Source: Patescibacteria group bacterium
GTDB lineage: Bacteria; Patescibacteriota; Doudnabacteria; UBA920
Direction: 5' to 3'
Length of the DNA: 64,000 nt
Assembly (NCBI GenBank): GCA_013387205.1
Contig: WARV01000008.1
Span: forward strand, 64,136 to 128,135
Positions 60,296 to 64,000 of the stretch are shown here, one piece after another. Under the pieces are notes generated by a model. The model worked only from the letters and a program-made list of their open reading frames with translations, was not told where the DNA came from and did not search any database. Within the stretch, counting starts at the first letter, position 1, and every line of letters begins with the position of its first letter. The position numbers were made by a program, and so were the translations under genes.

Positions 60296-61846
60296 ATGGA
60301 CGAACAAAAACAAGAACAAAAAAATTATCCAGACGAAACCCCTTCGGGAATACCGCTGGAAGCTTTGCGTGCGAAAAGTGAAGGTACAGCACAGGAAAAA
60401 GAAGAATACATGTTTTTCAACGTCATGCCTAAGGTGAAAGTGGAAGAAAAATTGGTTGAACCATCCATAAAAATCAGCGAATCTGACGTTAAAAAAGAAG
60501 CCAAAACCGAAAGTGCTTTTATTTTAGTGGTACAAAAATATAAAAAAATTATTATAATTTCCGTTGCTTCGATAATCCTTGGTTTGGCAGGATATTTCGC
60601 ATATTATAAACTGGTGGTTCAAAAACAGAAAGAAACAGAAGCAATGTTGAATAATCTTGCATTTGTAAATAAAAAGGCCGCAAACATCCCAAATCCTGAA
60701 AACCAAAGCAAAAGCGAAGATGCGGCCGCCAAATCTACCACGCCGAAAGAATGGCAATTAAAATATTTCAATAATGAAGCTTGCCAGGACATGGCCACAT
60801 GCGGAGACAATGCCGATCCTGACCATGACGGACTGGTTAATATAGATGAATTTAAACTTGGAACTGACCCGAATAATCCGGATTCCGACCAGGACGGATT
60901 ATCAGACGGCGATGAAGCGCACGTATTCGGCACTAGTCCGCTTAATTCCCATACCGCTGGCGATCCTAAATATTCAGATGCGGATTTCATTAAAGGCGGG
61001 TATGACATTAACCACCCTGACAAAAAATTTACTGACGATCAAATTAAGGACTTGGGCAATTTGATGACTGAAAAAGGCCTGCATCCGCCGACTTTGGAAA
61101 CCTTGCAAAGCGTGCTTAATTCCGTTTATCATTTTGGAGAGATCCAGCCAGGCGCTACCAGCAGTTTAGACAGTATCAAAACTTCAACCACGTCGCAGCA
61201 GACAAACCTTGACAGCTTTGACCAAAGCGTCGAAGCCAAGCAGGACCGAGACACCCAGAGAAGCCTTGCAATTAAAAACATTGGCATTGCTCTGATAAAA
61301 TATTATGCAGATAATAAATCTTATCCCAAGACCGGAATCTTTTCTGAAATGGTTGATTCTGTTAAATTATACTTTAAAACTGCAGTTAACCCCAAAGACC
61401 CTATTAATATAGACCCGTACGTTTACAGCTACGCGCCAAACCCGGATGCCAGCGATTATCTTTTAAGTTTTTACAGCGAAGTTGCCGGGCAGCTAATTAA
61501 AAAACATGCCAGCGATGCCCTAAAGGATAAATCAGTGGAAGAAGCGGCAATTTTCGACGACCAGAGAAAAGCTGATTTGGAATCCTTGCAAACCGCACTG
61601 CTTCTTTATTCCAACAAAAACGTTGCGGGCGACCAGGCTTACGTATTCCCTACGGTTGAAAAATATAAATCAGCCATAATGCCGGCATACATTACCGCAA
61701 TCCCCAAAGACCCGAAGACGGGCGCAGATTACGAATACAAAGTCTCCGGCACGTTTAGCACCTTTACCTTAAAGGCCATACTTGATAACCCAAAGCCAGG
61801 AACAACGGGATATTTATGCAACCAGGAAGAATGCAGAGAATATTAA
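60296..61846 (+). CDS. Membrane-anchored protein with DxDxDG Ca-binding repeats and two pilin-like domains
   Basis: DPDHDGL, DSDQDGL; DDQRKADLESLQTALLLY...IPKDP. Confidence 0.7.
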   Translation: MDEQKQEQKNYPDETPSGIPLEALRAKSEGTAQEKEEYMFFNVMPKVKVEEKLVEPSIKISESDVKKEAKTESAFILVVQKYKKIIIISVASIILGLAGYFAYYKLVVQKQKETEAMLNNLAFVNKKAANIPNPENQSKSEDAAAKSTTPKEWQLKYFNNEACQDMATCGDNADPDHDGLVNIDEFKLGTDPNNPDSDQDGLSDGDEAHVFGTSPLNSHTAGDPKYSDADFIKGGYDINHPDKKFTDDQIKDLGNLMTEKGLHPPTLETLQSVLNSVYHFGEIQPGATSSLDSIKTSTTSQQTNLDSFDQSVEAKQDRDTQRSLAIKNIGIALIKYYADNKSYPKTGIFSEMVDSVKLYFKTAVNPKDPINIDPYVYSYAPNPDASDYLLSFYSEVAGQLIKKHASDALKDKSVEEAAIFDDQRKADLESLQTALLLYSNKNVAGDQAYVFPTVEKYKSAIMPAYITAIPKDPKTGADYEYKVSGTFSTFTLKAILDNPKPGTTGYLCNQEECREY

Positions 61847-61847
61847 A

Positions 61848-62309
61848 ACCGCAGATACGCTGATTAACGCAGATGACTCAGATGATTACAAATCACAATA
61901 AATATGTATACCTGTACCAAAATTTGACCCAAAAGATAATCCGTGCATTATATAATGTATATAATCGGCTAGGATACGGCTATAGAGAAAAGGAATTCCA
62001 AAAAGCATTTGCGGAAGAACTGATAAAATTTGGTTTGAAATTTTCAAGGGAATTATATTGCCGATTAATGTATGAAGACAAATTAATAGCAAAATTTTAT
62101 ATTGATTTTTTAATATAAAATAAAGTCGTAGTAGAGCTTAAAGTTGCAGAGGAATTCTATCGAAAACACTTCAATCAGATAATGGTTTATTTAAAAACAA
62201 ACAATATTCAACTAGGACTATTGGCAATTTTCATAAAAAGAAAGGTAATAATTAAAAGAATAATCAACCAGAAATCAGCGTAATCAGCGATTATCTGCGT
62301 ATCAGCGGT
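61848..62309. mobile_element. GxxExxY cassette bounded by periodic inverted arms
   Basis: ACCGCAGATACGCTGATTAACGCAGAT ... AATCAGCGATTATCTGCGTATCAGCGGT. Confidence 0.75.
61873..62283 (+). pseudogene. GxxExxY (PD-(D/E)XK-like) protein, internal stop and probable late frameshift
   Basis: VYNRLGYGYREKEFQKAF...DFLI*NKVVVELK...QIMVYLK...GLL. Confidence 0.8.
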
Positions 62310-62312
62310 CTT

Positions 62313-64000
62313 ATGAAATTATCGTACAACCTCCTAAAACAATTTGTTAATACCAAACACAGTCCGCAGGAACTTGCGCGGATAGTTACCGAGCATTCTT
62401 TGGAAATGACCGTGCAAGAAAAAGCATCCGGGGATTTTTCGGGGATAATTACTGCAAAAGTTTTGGAAATTAACAAACACCCTAATGCTGACAGGCTTAG
62501 AATTGTTAAAGCGGAAGCTGGCGGTAAAATTTATGACCCCATAGTTTGCGGCGCTTTTAATTTTGGCGTAGGGGACATGGTCGCACTGGCCCTACCCGGA
62601 GCGAAAATCGCGCAAAACATCCACTCTGAAGCGCATGAGCCTTTCGTCCTGCAAAAGGCCAAAATTAGGGGAGTGGAAAGCCAAGGCATGATTTGTGCGG
62701 CCTTTGAGCTTGGTTTGGAAGACAAACCCGGAGAAGGAATAATGCTTTTGGATAAAAATACCAAAACAGGAATAAGCCTAAACAAAGTTTTAACCGCATC
62801 CGAACAGGTTTTTGAAGCATCCCTGCCAGCTAACAGGCCAGACTTGTTTTCCCATTTGGGAATGGCCAGGGAAATAGCCGCTATCTTGAATGCAAAAATC
62901 AAAGAACCGAAACTGAATCTGCCACGGGTAAATCCTTCTAAAACCTGGAAAGTATCTGTCTTAGATAAAACCTTGTGCCCAAAATACATTGGCGCGCGCC
63001 TGTCCGGCATCCAAATTAAAGAATCCCCGAAATTTATCCAGGATACATTAAAAGCTGTCGGTATCAGGCCGCTAAATAACGTAGTTGATATCACAAACTA
63101 TGTAATGATTGAACTTGGCCAGCCTTTGCATGCATTTAACGCCAAAAAAGTAACCGGCAACATAATTGTCAGGAAAGCAAAACCTCAAGAAAAATTTTCA
63201 GGCATAAACCATAAAGATTACGAACTGGACATTAGCATGCTGGTAATTGCCGACGAAGCCAAATCTTTGGCCTTGGCTGGTATTATCGGCGGATTAAACA
63301 GCGAAATTAACGATAATACTTTCGACATAATCCTTGAGGCTGCGAATTTTAACGGCATTAATGTCAGGAAGACATCAAGAAAATTAGGAATCAGGACAGA
63401 CAGCAGCCACTTGTTCGAAAAACAATTGCATCCAAAACAGGCGGATATGGGTATTGCCAGGGCTATTTCTTTGCTGCAAACTTATGCCGGCGCAAAGCTT
63501 GAATCTATAAATATATCAAAGCTACCGGAAAAAACCTCAAAGGCGGTTAAATTCACCACTGAAGGTGTAAACAAACTGCTCGGGTCTAATTTTAAAGCCA
63601 ATGAAATTAAAAAACTTCTTTCAAGGTTCCAAATTAAAGTTAGCGGCAACAAAACCATGTCAGCCACTCCGCCATGGTGGAGGACAGACCTGGAAAACGA
63701 AGCGGATATGGCAGAAGAAGTCTTGAAACTTGCCGGATATAATTCCATTAAGCTGCAACCCTTACAGGTTCCGCCCGTGGTTGCCTTTGAATATAATCAT
63801 TTATTCAACCAATACATCCGGGAAAGCAAAGAGCTTTGGGCCCGCTTGGGATTTGCCGAGGCGCAGAATTATAATTTTGTGTCTGAAAACGATATTATAA
63901 AATTCGGAGCGAACCCCAAAGATTATATCGCCGTGGAAAATCCGTTAAGCAGGGACCAGGCTTTCTTAAAACGGCATTTATTGATCCCTTTGCTAAAAAA
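62313..64000 (+). CDS. pheT: Phenylalanine-tRNA ligase beta subunit (runs off the window)
   Basis: MKLSYNLL..., HPNADRL, IVCGA, GVESQGMIC, NRPD, NNVVDITNYV and GQPLHAF motifs. Confidence 0.93.
   Translation, partial: MKLSYNLLKQFVNTKHSPQELARIVTEHSLEMTVQEKASGDFSGIITAKVLEINKHPNADRLRIVKAEAGGKIYDPIVCGAFNFGVGDMVALALPGAKIAQNIHSEAHEPFVLQKAKIRGVESQGMICAAFELGLEDKPGEGIMLLDKNTKTGISLNKVLTASEQVFEASLPANRPDLFSHLGMAREIAAILNAKIKEPKLNLPRVNPSKTWKVSVLDKTLCPKYIGARLSGIQIKESPKFIQDTLKAVGIRPLNNVVDITNYVMIELGQPLHAFNAKKVTGNIIVRKAKPQEKFSGINHKDYELDISMLVIADEAKSLALAGIIGGLNSEINDNTFDIILEAANFNGINVRKTSRKLGIRTDSSHLFEKQLHPKQADMGIARAISLLQTYAGAKLESINISKLPEKTSKAVKFTTEGVNKLLGSNFKANEIKKLLSRFQIKVSGNKTMSATPPWWRTDLENEADMAEEVLKLAGYNSIKLQPLQVPPVVAFEYNHLFNQYIRESKELWARLGFAEAQNYNFVSENDIIKFGANPKDYIAVENPLSRDQAFLKRHLLIPLLK

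Overview
AT-rich, gene-dense bacterial chromosome segment read with genetic code 11, almost all on the + strand. Gene content (DUF4012, a sigma70-r4/HARE-HTH protein, a VirD4/TraG-like ATPase, pilin-like proteins, a serine recombinase running into a tRNA) suggests Patescibacteria/CPR; this is inference. Housekeeping genes include secDF, mraY/murD/ftsW/murJ/alr, lepA, a complete F0F1 atp operon, pheS/pheT, trxA, rmuC, a UvrD-nuclease fusion and four tRNAs. Accessory parts are a polyamine module (homospermidine synthase plus ornithine decarboxylase), a decayed serine-recombinase island at tRNA-Asp and a cluster of small nucleases/toxins. The most unusual signal is non-coding. Many junctions inside essential operons hold ~90-140 nt elements built from a left arm of degenerate 7-10 nt periodic units, a variable core and a reverse-complement right arm. 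These fall into several sequence families. The same architecture flanks small nuclease genes (GxxExxY, DUF559), so both 'filled' and 'empty' cassettes appear to be present. Related repeats are also inserted in frame within MurD, LepA and UvrD, nested inside one another, and associated with a duplicated lepA 5' end. All alignments were done by eye and no database searches were run.
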